Assembly (NCBI GenBank): GCA_016186175.1
Contig: JACPMB010000015.1
Location: 1,116-65,115, forward strand
Origin: Candidatus Peregrinibacteria bacterium
GTDB taxonomy: Bacteria > Patescibacteriota > Gracilibacteria > Peribacterales > Peribacteraceae
Direction: 5' to 3'
Length of the DNA stretch: 64,000 nucleotides
Numbering within the stretch: the stretch's first letter is position 1; every line of letters starts with the position of its first letter. Both the position numbers and the translations under genes were made by a program. The notes beneath the pieces are model-generated. The model saw only the letters and a program-made list of their open reading frames with translations. It was not told the DNA's origin and ran no database searches. Positions 36,869 through 47,027 of the stretch are shown here, in pieces.

Positions 36869-37653
36869 AAGACATCATCGCGATCATCGGGGCCGGGAAC
36901 ATGGGCGCCGCGTTCTACAGAGGAATGCGCGAGCACATGATGCGCGTCCGCCTCAACGTGTGTGACCGCAACCGCGAGAAACTCGAAGGGCTGGACGCGG
37001 ACCACGCGTACACGGATCCTGCGAAAGCGATCGCCAATACAGACGTCGTGCTGCTCGCTGTTAAGCCGCAATCCGCCACGGAGCTCCTCGCTTACCTCTC
37101 CGGCGGGCTGGCCGGCCGGCTCGTCATTTCCGTCATGGCCGGCGTCAGTCTGGATTCCATGAAAAGCATGACGCGCAGCGCTGCCGTTATACGCGCCATG
37201 CCGAATCTTCCGGCGCGCGAGGGCCGCGGGCTGACGGGGTGGATCGCATCCAGCGGCGTTACCGCGAAACAGCGGGCGCTCGCGCGCGAACTGTTTCTCG
37301 CAGTCGGACGCGAGATCGAAGTGGATGATGAGACCATGATGGATGCCATCACCGCTTTGAGCGGCTCCGGACCTGCTTATTTCTGCCTGATAGCGGAGCT
37401 TTTGGCGTCGAAAGCTATAAAGGAGGGATTCACGGAAGCGCAAGCCGCGTTAATCGCGCGCGAAACTCTGATCGGCAGCGCGATGCTTCTCGATTCCAAC
37501 TCCGAAACGCCTTCGCATCTGCGAGCGGCAGTCGCATCAAAAGGCGGGACGACCGAAGCCGCCTTGCGCGCCCTCGGCGAAAGCGGACTCGACGCGATAT
37601 TCTTCGATGCGATTGACCGGGCGATCGCGCGTTCACGGGAACTGAACATATGA
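36865..37653 (+). CDS. proC: Pyrroline-5-carboxylate reductase
   Basis: MKDIIAIIGAGNMGAA.. (Rossmann fold), ..SKGGTTEAAL... Start overlaps the proB stop (ATGA). Confidence 0.9.
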   Translation: MKDIIAIIGAGNMGAAFYRGMREHMMRVRLNVCDRNREKLEGLDADHAYTDPAKAIANTDVVLLAVKPQSATELLAYLSGGLAGRLVISVMAGVSLDSMKSMTRSAAVIRAMPNLPAREGRGLTGWIASSGVTAKQRALARELFLAVGREIEVDDETMMDAITALSGSGPAYFCLIAELLASKAIKEGFTEAQAALIARETLIGSAMLLDSNSETPSHLRAAVASKGGTTEAALRALGESGLDAIFFDAIDRAIARSRELNI

Positions 37654-38900
37654 AAGCCATCATGTCCGCACTGGCAAGAACCAAGACTGCGTGCAAAACA
37701 CTGGGAATGCTTCCAGAAAATAAAGTGAATGCCGTTCTTAAGGGCGTCGCGAGCGCTCTTATGAGAGAACAAAAGGAAATTCTTGCCGCGAACGCCAACG
37801 ATCTCAGTAGGATGAACGAAGATGATCCGCGGTTCGACCGCCTGGCTTTGAGTCCCGCGCGTCTTGCGGGAATCGCTGGTGACATGAAGCGCGTTGCCGC
37901 ACTCCCATCGCCGCTCGGGAGGATTCTGGAAGAACGTACTCGCCCGAACGGACTCCATCTGACCAAAGTGAGCGTGCCGCTCGGCGTGATCGGCGTCATC
38001 TACGAAGCGCGGCCGAACGTCACAGCGGACGTCTTCGCGCTCTGCTTCAAGTCCGGCAACTCGTGCGTGCTGAAGGGTGGACGCGACGCGCGACATTCAA
38101 ATCGGGCTCTCGCCGCCGTCATACGCGGAGCGCTGGAAAAACACGGCATTGATCCGGATGTTCTTCTGCTTCTACCGCCGGATCGCCGTTCCGCATCCGC
38201 TTTGATGACCGCACACGGGATGGTTGACGTGCTCATACCGCGCGGAGGCCGGTCGCTCATTGAGCATGTCAGGAGGAACGCCAGGATTCCAGTGATTGAA
38301 ACCGGCGCCGGGATAGTCCACACATACATTGACGCGAGTGCAGACGTGAAAAAAGCCGCAAAGATAGTCTTTAACGCCAAAACCCGCAGGCCCGGCGTAT
38401 GCAACGCCCTCGATACACTCCTGATCCACCGTTCGCTTGCTGGCAAGCTGCCAGAGATTGTCGCACCTCTGCTGCGAAAGCGCGTATTGATATTTGCGGA
38501 CGACGCCGCCTTCGGCGTCCTCAAAAAAGTGTGCGATCCGGCGCTTTTGAGGCGCGCGCAACGGCGTCACTTCGGCGTGGAATTTCTGTCGCTCAAAATG
38601 TCAATCAGAACAGTCAAGAATCTTGACGAAGCGCTTGCGCACATCGCCCGGTACGGATCGCGGCACAGCGAAGCTATCGTCGCGCGTGATAAAAAAATCA
38701 TCGGGCGATTCCTGTACGAAGTTGACGCCGCCGCGGTATATTCAAATGCCTCCACCACGTTCACGGACGGGGCTCAATTCGGCATGGGTACGGAGATCGG
38801 CATAAGCACGCAGAAAATCCACGCGCGCGGCCCGATGGCATTGCCTGAATTGACAAGTTATAAATGGATCGTGCGCGGGCGCGGGCAAGTGCGTCCGTAA
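37650..38900 (+). CDS. proA: Gamma-glutamyl phosphate reductase
   Basis: ..GVIGVIYEARPNVT.., ..SGNSCVLKGG.., ..GVCNALDTLLIH.. (catalytic Cys). Start overlaps the proC stop. Confidence 0.9.
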   Translation: MKAIMSALARTKTACKTLGMLPENKVNAVLKGVASALMREQKEILAANANDLSRMNEDDPRFDRLALSPARLAGIAGDMKRVAALPSPLGRILEERTRPNGLHLTKVSVPLGVIGVIYEARPNVTADVFALCFKSGNSCVLKGGRDARHSNRALAAVIRGALEKHGIDPDVLLLLPPDRRSASALMTAHGMVDVLIPRGGRSLIEHVRRNARIPVIETGAGIVHTYIDASADVKKAAKIVFNAKTRRPGVCNALDTLLIHRSLAGKLPEIVAPLLRKRVLIFADDAAFGVLKKVCDPALLRRAQRRHFGVEFLSLKMSIRTVKNLDEALAHIARYGSRHSEAIVARDKKIIGRFLYEVDAAAVYSNASTTFTDGAQFGMGTEIGISTQKIHARGPMALPELTSYKWIVRGRGQVRP

Positions 38901-38932
38901 ATTATGAGGTTGTCAAATATGACCGCTGAAAG

Positions 38933-39028
38933 GCTAGACACGGCGCTGTTTCTTCGTGGACATCACTCCAAGAAATATGGCTGTGCAAAGCCAATGAATG
39001 TTTGACGAGAAACGGCGCCGTGTCTAGC
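38933..39028 (+). promoter_or_regulatory. Long-range 14-bp perfect inverted repeat in the mgtE leader
   Basis: gctagacacggcgc (38933-38946) / gcgccgtgtctagc (39015-39028). The right arm ends immediately before ATG 39029. Confidence 0.4.
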
Positions 39029-40405
39029 ATGCTTATGCACTTCACCAACATGCAGCTCCCCGCCCTTCTACGCCAGGTTGATACTTTGCTCGGGCAAAAA
39101 GACGATATGCGGCTCAAAAGCCTGCTGCTCGGCAGGAGCCCCAAGGAACTGGCGCATGTCATTGACAATCTGACGAACGGAAAACGCAAAACATTCGCGA
39201 CTCTTCCGCCGGAATTGCAGGCGGAAGTCGTCCTGCGAATGAACGACGAGAGCAAAGAATACATACTGCCTAAGCTGTCGGACCACACTCTAGCGCGCTT
39301 TCTGCACTTTGCGGAGGAAGACAACGCCGCCGACGTGCTGCAAATAGTGCCCGACGGGCGCCGGCCCGGAGTGCTTCAATACATGAAACCTGACAAGCGG
39401 GTGAAAATCGAGAAACTGCTGCTGTTCGGGCCGGAAACAGCCGGTGGAATCATGGATTTGAATTTCATCGTCGTTCCTCCCGGAATCACGGTTCCGGAAG
39501 TGACTGCCACCGTGCGCGAACACGCCCGGGAGCACAAGCAGGTTCCGGTTGTGATGGTTGCCGGCTCCAAAGGAACAGGATGGGTGCCGGCGCGGGCTCT
39601 GGTTTCGGCGGCGCCGGGCGTCAACGCGGGCGATCTCGCGCGCCCGATGCCCGCCGTAAATCACACGGCGGATCGGGAAAAGGTTCTTGCATTGATGGGC
39701 AGGGAAAACGCCGACGTCGTCCGCGTCACAGACGAACATCACAAAACTCTGGGAGTGATCCATCTTCACGATCTTCTTTGGGTCGCTCAGGCCGAAGCGA
39801 GCGAAGACGTATATCGCATGGGCGCAGTCGGACTGCTTGATGCGGGCTATCTTGAAAGCAAATTCTCCACCATCTGGCGCAAGCGCGTCGGATGGCTCTC
39901 GATTCTGTTCATCGCCGAACTCTTCACGTTCACCGCCCTCGCTCACTTCGAGTCGTCCATAGCCGCCGTCACGGCCCTCGCGCTCTTCGTCCCGCTGTGC
40001 ATATCAACCGGCGGCAACAGCGGTTCCCAGGCGGCTACTCTCGTCACGCGCGCGATGGCGCTTGGGCACGTGACTACGCGAGACTGGTGGCGTGTGATGC
40101 GGCGCGAACTGCTTATGGGCGTCGCCCTTGGGGGTTCGCTCGGAATCGTGGGATTCGTACGGGCATTCCTTACTCCGCAGGAGGTTCTTGGAGGCATCGG
40201 CCACCGGATGATCGGCGTCGTGATCGGGCTCTCCGTCGCGATCATTTGTCTGTGGGGCACGCTTGTCGGTTCGATGCTGCCGGTCTTGTTCAAGAAGCTC
40301 GGCTTCGATCCCGGCTACGCATCCAGTCCTTTCGTCGCGACGTTCGTGGACGTCACCGGGATTATTATTTACTTCTCGATCGCCAGTGCGCTCATCCTTG
40401 CCTGA
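39002..40405 (+). CDS. mgtE: Magnesium transporter MgtE
   Basis: MgtE_N region, CBS pair, and TM domain ..LFVPLCISTGGNSGSQAATLVTRAMAL.. and ..DPGYASSPFVATFVDVTGIIIYF... The start is ambiguous (TTG 39002, ATG 39029 or ATG 39035). Confidence 0.85.
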   Translation: MTRNGAVSSMLMHFTNMQLPALLRQVDTLLGQKDDMRLKSLLLGRSPKELAHVIDNLTNGKRKTFATLPPELQAEVVLRMNDESKEYILPKLSDHTLARFLHFAEEDNAADVLQIVPDGRRPGVLQYMKPDKRVKIEKLLLFGPETAGGIMDLNFIVVPPGITVPEVTATVREHAREHKQVPVVMVAGSKGTGWVPARALVSAAPGVNAGDLARPMPAVNHTADREKVLALMGRENADVVRVTDEHHKTLGVIHLHDLLWVAQAEASEDVYRMGAVGLLDAGYLESKFSTIWRKRVGWLSILFIAELFTFTALAHFESSIAAVTALALFVPLCISTGGNSGSQAATLVTRAMALGHVTTRDWWRVMRRELLMGVALGGSLGIVGFVRAFLTPQEVLGGIGHRMIGVVIGLSVAIICLWGTLVGSMLPVLFKKLGFDPGYASSPFVATFVDVTGIIIYFSIASALILA

Positions 40406-40457
40406 ACGGAGCATATGTCTCCATCATGAGCGAAGAGTATGCTGGAATACGGCAACT

Positions 40458-40994
40458 ATGACAGCTCGGTTGATCCTCGTGGACGCAGCGAACGCCGCGG
40501 TTGGACTGGCTTCGTGGGAAGATGTTCATGCTTTCCCGGAAGGCAGGCTGCATCGCGCCTTTTCGGTCTACATTTTCCGGAACAACGGAGCGGAAATCCT
40601 CGTCCAGCGGCGCAGCCAGTCGAAACTGTTCGCCGGTCTCTGGGCTAATGCCTGCTGCAGCCACCCGCGTGAAGGCGAAAACGACATGATGAAAGTTGCC
40701 GAAAGGAGATTGAACGAGGAATTGGGATTCGCCTGCCATCTCAGTTCCCGCGGGAGCTTCGTCTACCGCGCGGAGGATCCTGCCGGCCGTGGCGCGGAAT
40801 ACGAACATGTGACGCTGTTTAGTGGAAACACTGATGACGTCAATGTTAAGGCTGATCCTCGTGAAGTGATGGAATGGAAATGGATGAACATGGAGAATCT
40901 CCAGAAAGACATGGCAAAGAATCCTCAACAGTTTGCGCCATGGTTCCATATCGGACTGGAACAACTGTTGGAAATGAGCGCGATGAATAAATAA
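40458..40994 (+). CDS. idi: Isopentenyl-diphosphate delta-isomerase, type 1 (Nudix)
   Basis: ..LHRAFSVYIF.., ..LWANACCSHPREGE.., ..EYEHVTLF... Start at ATG 40458 (MTARLILVD). Confidence 0.85.
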   Translation: MTARLILVDAANAAVGLASWEDVHAFPEGRLHRAFSVYIFRNNGAEILVQRRSQSKLFAGLWANACCSHPREGENDMMKVAERRLNEELGFACHLSSRGSFVYRAEDPAGRGAEYEHVTLFSGNTDDVNVKADPREVMEWKWMNMENLQKDMAKNPQQFAPWFHIGLEQLLEMSAMNK

Positions 40995-41017
40995 TTCTCA
41001 ATTCCCAATTCTGACAG

Positions 41018-41698
41018 ATGGTCGAATCCTCACTCCTCCACCTCGCCATAATCCCCGACGGCAACCGCCGGTGGGCGAAAAAACGCAGGCTCCAGCCATG
41101 GAAAGGCCACGAGACCGCCATCGAGAAATTCCGTTCGATCACCGAATGGTGCCGCAAGGATCCGCGAGTGGGAATCCTGACAGTCTGGTGCTTCTCGACT
41201 GAAAACTGGAAACGCGACAGCAAGGAAATCTCCATGCTGATGGAGATATACGAAAAGTATTTGCGACAAGAGCGCAACGGATTCATCGAGCATAAGACGC
41301 GCTTTATCCATTCCGGCCGCCGCGATCGCATCCCTAAGTCTCTTTCCGCACTCATAGAAGAGGTGGAGGATGCAACCAAGAATCAGACGGAGTTCATTCT
41401 CAACCTCGCGGTGGATTACGGCGGCAAAGATGAATTGATTCGCGCGATTAGGAAGCTAAGGCAGCCGGATAGCGTCACAGAGGAATCATTTCGGCGCCTC
41501 CTGGATCACCCGGAGCTGCCCGACGTGGACATGATCATCCGCACGAGCGGCGAGCAGCGTACGAGCAATTTCTTCATGTGGGAGACTGCGTACGCAGAAT
41601 GGGTGTTCCTCAAGAAACACTTCCCCGAGCTCACTGTGAATGACATAAAGAACGCTGTTGATGAGTTTGCCGGTAGAACGAGGAGATTCGGATCATGA
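41018..41698 (+). CDS. uppS: Undecaprenyl (cis-prenyl) diphosphate synthase
   Basis: ..LAIIPDGNRRWAKK.., ..IIRTSGEQRTSNFFMWETAYAEW.. Confidence 0.9.
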   Translation: MVESSLLHLAIIPDGNRRWAKKRRLQPWKGHETAIEKFRSITEWCRKDPRVGILTVWCFSTENWKRDSKEISMLMEIYEKYLRQERNGFIEHKTRFIHSGRRDRIPKSLSALIEEVEDATKNQTEFILNLAVDYGGKDELIRAIRKLRQPDSVTEESFRRLLDHPELPDVDMIIRTSGEQRTSNFFMWETAYAEWVFLKKHFPELTVNDIKNAVDEFAGRTRRFGS

Positions 41699-42486
41699 AG
41701 AGCACTTCCACCGCCCGCGGCAAGATCATACTCTCCGGCGAGTACGCCGTCGTCTTCGGCTATCCGGGGATCGCCGCGCCTGCGGAGCAATCTGTGACAG
41801 CGACATATGAGAATTCCGGCGCATCGCCGATGAAGATTATTCTGGAGGGAAACGCCGGAATGGAAGAATACGCACGGCGCATCGTCGGCCTCTGTGTGGC
41901 AAAGGGATATTCGAAGACCGGAACCATGGTGATCCAGAATGAGATCCCGCTTGGAAAGGGCATGGGTTCTTCAACCGCTCTAGTCATTGCGTTGAGTAAA
42001 TGCCTTCTTGGAGAAGAAAAAAGAGAGGACGCTCTCCAGATTGAGGACGCCGTGAACCCCGGACACAGCGGGCTCGACTTCGCCGTGATTTGGAGCGGAC
42101 TGCCGATGATCATTCAACGCGGGAAAACTCCGACAGAGGCTCGTGTCGATCTGAGCTTTATCAAGCAGAGCGAATTCATTGATACAGGGACGCCGAACGA
42201 AATCACCGCGGAGCTCGTTGCATGGATGCGTGCGCGCGTGGAGATTCCTGAGGTCTCTGCTGCGCTTAAGACGATCGGCAATTGCACGGAGAGATTGCTC
42301 AATGGCGAATCGCCGATCGCCGTCTTTCGCGACCACCACCGCGCACAGGTCGCGCTCGGCGTGGTGCCGAAATCCGTGCAGGAACTGATAGCCGGCATTG
42401 AGCAGAAGGGCGGCGCAGCGAAAGTGCTCGGGGCGGGGGCGAGAAGCGGAGGTGGCGGAATGGTTCTGTCGCTATTTCTGAGCTAA
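41695..42486 (+). CDS. mvk: GHMP kinase, mevalonate kinase-like (short, 263 aa)
   Basis: ..ARGKIILSGEYAVVFGYPGIAAP.. and ..IPLGKGMGSSTALVIAL.. (GHMP motif II). Start overlaps the uppS stop. Confidence 0.75.
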   Translation: MKSTSTARGKIILSGEYAVVFGYPGIAAPAEQSVTATYENSGASPMKIILEGNAGMEEYARRIVGLCVAKGYSKTGTMVIQNEIPLGKGMGSSTALVIALSKCLLGEEKREDALQIEDAVNPGHSGLDFAVIWSGLPMIIQRGKTPTEARVDLSFIKQSEFIDTGTPNEITAELVAWMRARVEIPEVSAALKTIGNCTERLLNGESPIAVFRDHHRAQVALGVVPKSVQELIAGIEQKGGAAKVLGAGARSGGGGMVLSLFLS

Positions 42487-42497
42487 AATCGTCGTCC

Positions 42498-43470
42498 ATG
42501 CCCACGGCACGATCAACGCCAAACATCGCCTTCGTCAAATACTGGGGCAACCGCAACAATACGCTGCGACTCCCTGCGGCGGATTCGATCTCGATGACGC
42601 TCGATTCCCCTGTGCTGGATGTCGCGATCTCTCATGCGGATCAGATCGTCGTGCGATCGTTCGATGAGCATGAGAATGAAAAGGCACTGACAGAGAAGAA
42701 CGTAACGCGTTTCGGAACCCATCTGGAACTCACAAAGGCATACTTGAAAACTCTCGACGTCCCAGACGCGATCCCCTCTTCTCTTTCCATTACCATCCAC
42801 TCCTCGATCCCGCCCGCGATCGGACTCGCATCCTCCGCCGCGGTTTTCAGCGCGCTTGCGAAAGCAATCGGCTGTCTCATTAGAGAACAGATACCACTGA
42901 GTGATGAACAGATGAGCGTAATCGCGAGGCTTGGCTCCGGCTCCGCGGGCAGGAGTATATACGGGGGCTACGCGGCGCTGATTGCCGGCAGCGGCGAAGA
43001 GATTGACGCCTCATCGGCGATTCAGAGACATCGTCCTTGTCCCGAGCAAGGAGGAGAAGAATGTCGGATCCACCGAAGGTCACGCGGCGGCGTGGACCAG
43101 TCCGCTCTTCGAGGAGCGCTTGAAGCAAATGCCGCGGAGGAATCGGGAGTGCCGCGATGCGATTCTGAAAAAAGATTTTGAGAAGCTGCAGAGGATTGCG
43201 GAGGAAGACGCGCTCGATATGCACCGTGTCATGAAATCGCAGACGCCGTCGCTGAAATATTTGAGCGGGGAAACGCACCGGATTATCCGGGAGATCTCCG
43301 CGCTGCGGGAATCGGAAAAGATTCCAGTCCTCTACACCATGGATGCGGGCCCAACGGTTCATCTGATCTGCACTGATGATTCAATTAGAACGGTGCGGGA
43401 GTTTGCGGAAAGACAAAAAAAGTGCCTGATTTTTGAGACAAAAATCGGCCAAGGGGCGCGGATTCTATAA
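42498..43470 (+). pseudogene. mvaD: Diphosphomevalonate (or phosphomevalonate) decarboxylase, interrupted by a +1 frame change near 43022-43028
   Basis: N-terminal part in frame 0: ..TPNIAFVKYWGNRNNTLRLPAADSISMTL.., ..LGSGSAGRSIYGG... C-terminal part in frame +1 (ORF 42982..43470): ..RDIVLVPSKEEKNVGSTEGH.., ..VLYTMDAGPTVHLI... The junction lies at cagagac. Confidence 0.8.
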
Positions 43471-43490
43471 TTATCAGGTATATTTGAAAT

Positions 43491-44735
43491 ATGGAACGCA
43501 AACACATTTCCTTGGCTCACATAATCAAGGCACCGGAAAAAGAAGGGCCATTGTCAAAAGGAAAAATGAATTTACGAGACATTCCTTCCGGACTTAGTGT
43601 CGAACAGCGTTGTAACGAGCGGCGCTCTCGACTTGAGAAAGAACTCGATGTGAATCTCTCGCGCTTGCAGCCTGCCGAAGGCGCCATCGGCCACGCCGAC
43701 GAGCGCAATTGTGAGCAGATGATCGGACACGTCCCTCTGCCAGTTGGATACGCAGGCCCCTTGAAAGTACGTTTCAGTTCATCGGAGACGACGTATATTC
43801 ATCTTCCGCTTGCGACGACCGAAGGCGCCCTGATCGCCAGCGTTAACAGAGGATGCAAAGCTCTCAATGCTTCCGGCGGCGTGAAAGCCTCATCCGTTCA
43901 TCATGGAATGTCTCGCTCGCTGGCATTTCGCATCATGAATCATGAATCAAGAATCATGGACAACCTCAAGACAACAGAAAAGCAATGGCGCACGATTGCA
44001 GAATCCACGAGCGCTCATCTCAACGTTCTGCGTTATGAGGTGGATATCGCGGGCCGCCACCTTTTCCTCACGCTGTTCTGCGATACAGATAAGGCCATGG
44101 GGATGAACATGGTGACATTCGCGGCCCAAGCGGTCGGAGAATGGGTCGAGGAGAACATCACCGGACTGGAATTCATCACTGTCGCCGGAAACGTGGACAG
44201 CGACAAGAAGCCCAGCGCGCGCGCGCATGCGAGAGGACGAGGATATGAGGTCGCCGCGGAGGCGACCCTGAGCGCAGAAGTCATTCGCTCTGTTCTAAAG
44301 ACGACGCCAGAAGCTCTCTTGCGCGTTGCGCATGCAAAATTGGAACTCGGTTCAATCATCGCGGGAGCCATAGGGAAGAACCTCCACGCCGCGAATGTCA
44401 TCGCCGCACTTTACCTTGCCACCGGGCAGGATGCCGCACATGTCGTGGAAGGTTCTCTGGCAGATACCCGAATCAGCGCATTATCGAATCATCGGATTTA
44501 CGCTGGCGTCCGCGTTCCGGCGCTATTAGTTGGAATTCGCGGCGGAGGAACCACCCTGCCGGCGCAAGAGCAGTGCCTGAATATGCTCATGCACTCGAAA
44601 ACTTCACTCCATTCCAACGCGCAGTTGTCGGAGTCAATTGGAGCAGCTGTTCTGGCGGGCGAAATCTCGCTGCTTTCTGCGCAGGCCGCACATCATCTCG
44701 CCGGAGCACATCGAAAACACGGACGCGAACGCTGA
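43491..44735 (+). CDS. HMG-CoA reductase, class I-like
   Basis: ..EQMIGHVPLPVGYAGPL.., ..ATTEGALIASVNRGCKA.., ..DKAMGMNMV.., ..IRGGGTTLP.. Confidence 0.85.
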   Translation: MERKHISLAHIIKAPEKEGPLSKGKMNLRDIPSGLSVEQRCNERRSRLEKELDVNLSRLQPAEGAIGHADERNCEQMIGHVPLPVGYAGPLKVRFSSSETTYIHLPLATTEGALIASVNRGCKALNASGGVKASSVHHGMSRSLAFRIMNHESRIMDNLKTTEKQWRTIAESTSAHLNVLRYEVDIAGRHLFLTLFCDTDKAMGMNMVTFAAQAVGEWVEENITGLEFITVAGNVDSDKKPSARAHARGRGYEVAAEATLSAEVIRSVLKTTPEALLRVAHAKLELGSIIAGAIGKNLHAANVIAALYLATGQDAAHVVEGSLADTRISALSNHRIYAGVRVPALLVGIRGGGTTLPAQEQCLNMLMHSKTSLHSNAQLSESIGAAVLAGEISLLSAQAAHHLAGAHRKHGRER

Positions 44736-44786
44736 TTGACAAAATTATTGCGAACGGCCCTCATGACATGATTCTCTGCTAGACTG

Positions 44787-45818
44787 ATGCAGATGTCCCG
44801 TTCAGCCATCATCGGTTTTGGCAGATACCTGCCGAAATACAGGGTGAAAACCTCCGCAATCGCCGAACATCACGGACAGGATCCGGAAAGTATCGCAAGC
44901 GGGCTGGGAATCAGCGAAAAAACAGTTCCCGGACTTGGAGAAGACAGCTGCACAATGGCATTTGAGGCCGCGCGGCAGGCGATCGCCGTCGCCGAAATCC
45001 AATCGTCGCAAATTGGGGCCGTGTTTGTCGGCTCGGAGAGTCATCCGTACGCGGTCAAGCCGACGAGTTCCATGCTGTCCGCCGCTCTCGATCTGCATCC
45101 TTTCTGCCACTGCGCCGATCTGGAATTCGCCTGCAAAGCCGGCACGGCCGCGATGCAGATCGTTGACAGCATGGTGCGGTCGGAACAAGTGAATTTCGGC
45201 ATGGCCATAGGGACGGACACCGCGCAGGGACGCCCCGGGGACGCACTGGAATACACAGCGGCAGCCGGCGCCGCAGCCGTGATCGTCGGGCCGGACAGAG
45301 CGCCTAACGCGTTTTGCCGGATCGAGCACACTATTTCGTTCACGACTGATACTCCGGATTTCTGGAGGCCGGCGGGGGAACGGTACCCGCGGCACGCCGG
45401 ACGCTTTACCGGGGAGCCGTCATATTTCCGGCACGTGCAGGAAGTGACGATGGGCATCCTCGCAATCGCGAAGAGGAAGCCGACTGAGATTGATCACGTG
45501 ATCTTCCACATGCCGAACGCAAAATTCCCGAGGGCCGCGGCCAGGAAGCTCGGATTTTCGGCAGAACAGATGAATCTCGGATTCATCGTCCCCGCCGTCG
45601 GCAACACATACGCCGCCTGCTCCCCCATCGGGCTGACACACGTGCTTGAACGAGCGATGAAAGACGAGATCATTCTACTGGTTTCCTACGGTTCCGGTTC
45701 CGGCTCTGACGCGTTTTTGATGACGATGCTGCGCGACGGCGCGGAGCTTCCTTTGGATGACCGGAAAACCGAATATCTCTCCTACGATCAATATCTGGAA
45801 CACGCTCATGCGATATAG
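44787..45818 (+). CDS. HMG-CoA synthase, short archaeal-type
   Basis: 343 aa. ..AIIGFGRYLPKYRV.., ..VGSESHPYAVKP.., ..DLEFACKAGTAAM.. (Cys nucleophile), ..FHMPNAKF.. Confidence 0.8.
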   Translation: MQMSRSAIIGFGRYLPKYRVKTSAIAEHHGQDPESIASGLGISEKTVPGLGEDSCTMAFEAARQAIAVAEIQSSQIGAVFVGSESHPYAVKPTSSMLSAALDLHPFCHCADLEFACKAGTAAMQIVDSMVRSEQVNFGMAIGTDTAQGRPGDALEYTAAAGAAAVIVGPDRAPNAFCRIEHTISFTTDTPDFWRPAGERYPRHAGRFTGEPSYFRHVQEVTMGILAIAKRKPTEIDHVIFHMPNAKFPRAAARKLGFSAEQMNLGFIVPAVGNTYAACSPIGLTHVLERAMKDEIILLVSYGSGSGSDAFLMTMLRDGAELPLDDRKTEYLSYDQYLEHAHAI

Positions 45819-45848
45819 ATATCCCGACATTTTTCATTTTCACTCTCC

Positions 45849-47003
45849 ATGAATTCCGACATACGCCTCATTGGCTACGGCCAAACCCGGTTCGGTGAGC
45901 TTTGGGACATGGGCATCCGTGATCTGATGGAGGAAGCGGCGGATGCGGCGATCTCGTCGGCGCCAATCACAGCCCTCGACATTGACATGATTATCGTGAG
46001 CAACATGCTGGCCGAAATCACGAATGGCCAAGCGCACCTGAGCGCGATCGCCTCAAGCCTGCTTCCCCACCATCCTCCGGCGTTGAGGGTGGAATCCGCT
46101 TGCGGATCTGGCGCATTCGCGCTGCACACTGCCTGCGCGATGCTCGAGAGCGGCCGTGCCCGCAACGTGCTTGTCATCGGCGCGGAGAAGATGACTGACG
46201 TCTCGAACGACATCGTTTCCTCCGCTCTTATGGGAGCCGCAGACGCTGAGCAGGAACGACCTGCAGGACTCACTTTTCCGGGAATCTTCGGCATGATCGC
46301 GCAGAGGTACATGCATGAATACGGGCTTTCGCGAGCGGCATTAAGCCTGGTGAGCGCTGTGCACCACAGGAACGCCTGCGGCAACTCTTTCGCGCAATTC
46401 CGCACCGAGGTGACGCCGGACGATGTTAGCGGGAGTGCGCCGGTGGCGGACCCGTTACGGCTCCTCGATTGCTCTCCAATCAGCGACGGCGCCGCGGCGT
46501 GCGTGCTTTCGACGGATAAAGAAAGTCCGGTGCGGATTGCGGCTTCGCAGATCGCCAGCGATAGTCTGAGCATCGTAGATCGTCCGGTCCTGACGTCATT
46601 TTCGGCGACGAAGGACGCCGCGGAGCGCTCGCTCGCGGAAGCAGAGGTGAAGCTGAAGGACATTAGGATAGTGGAGACTCACGATTGTTTCTCCATCGCA
46701 GCGCTCATCAATCTGGAAGACCTGGGCTTCGCAGATCCCGGCGGGGGCATCCGCTTTTACCGAAACGCATACGAGGGACAGACGGCCGCGCACCGAAGCC
46801 CCGGTGAAGGCGGGGCTCTTGGCGTTAACATGAGCGGCGGATTGAAGGGTTGCGGCCACCCCGTCGGAGCCACCGGCATCAAGCAAATCATTGATGTCGC
46901 CAAACGCTTGCGGGAGACAGGGGAACGATACGGTCTGGCGCATAACTTCGGCGGCGCATGCGCAACGTGCGGCGTACATGTTCTCGAGCATTCTCCATCG
47001 TAA
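45849..47003 (+). CDS. Acetyl-CoA acetyltransferase (thiolase), archaeal/SCP-x type
   Basis: ..RVESACGSGAFALH.., ..MSGGLKGCGHPVGATGI.., ..HNFGGACATCGVHVLE.. Confidence 0.85.
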   Translation: MNSDIRLIGYGQTRFGELWDMGIRDLMEEAADAAISSAPITALDIDMIIVSNMLAEITNGQAHLSAIASSLLPHHPPALRVESACGSGAFALHTACAMLESGRARNVLVIGAEKMTDVSNDIVSSALMGAADAEQERPAGLTFPGIFGMIAQRYMHEYGLSRAALSLVSAVHHRNACGNSFAQFRTEVTPDDVSGSAPVADPLRLLDCSPISDGAAACVLSTDKESPVRIAASQIASDSLSIVDRPVLTSFSATKDAAERSLAEAEVKLKDIRIVETHDCFSIAALINLEDLGFADPGGGIRFYRNAYEGQTAAHRSPGEGGALGVNMSGGLKGCGHPVGATGIKQIIDVAKRLRETGERYGLAHNFGGACATCGVHVLEHSPS

Positions 47004-47027
47004 TTCTTAATTCTTGCTTCTTCGTTC

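Noticed and set aside
38901-39028. M-box (ykoK) riboswitch upstream of mgtE
   Set aside because: The region is shorter than a typical M-box, and I could not find its conserved core sequences by eye. Only the inverted repeat is reported. A covariance-model search is needed.
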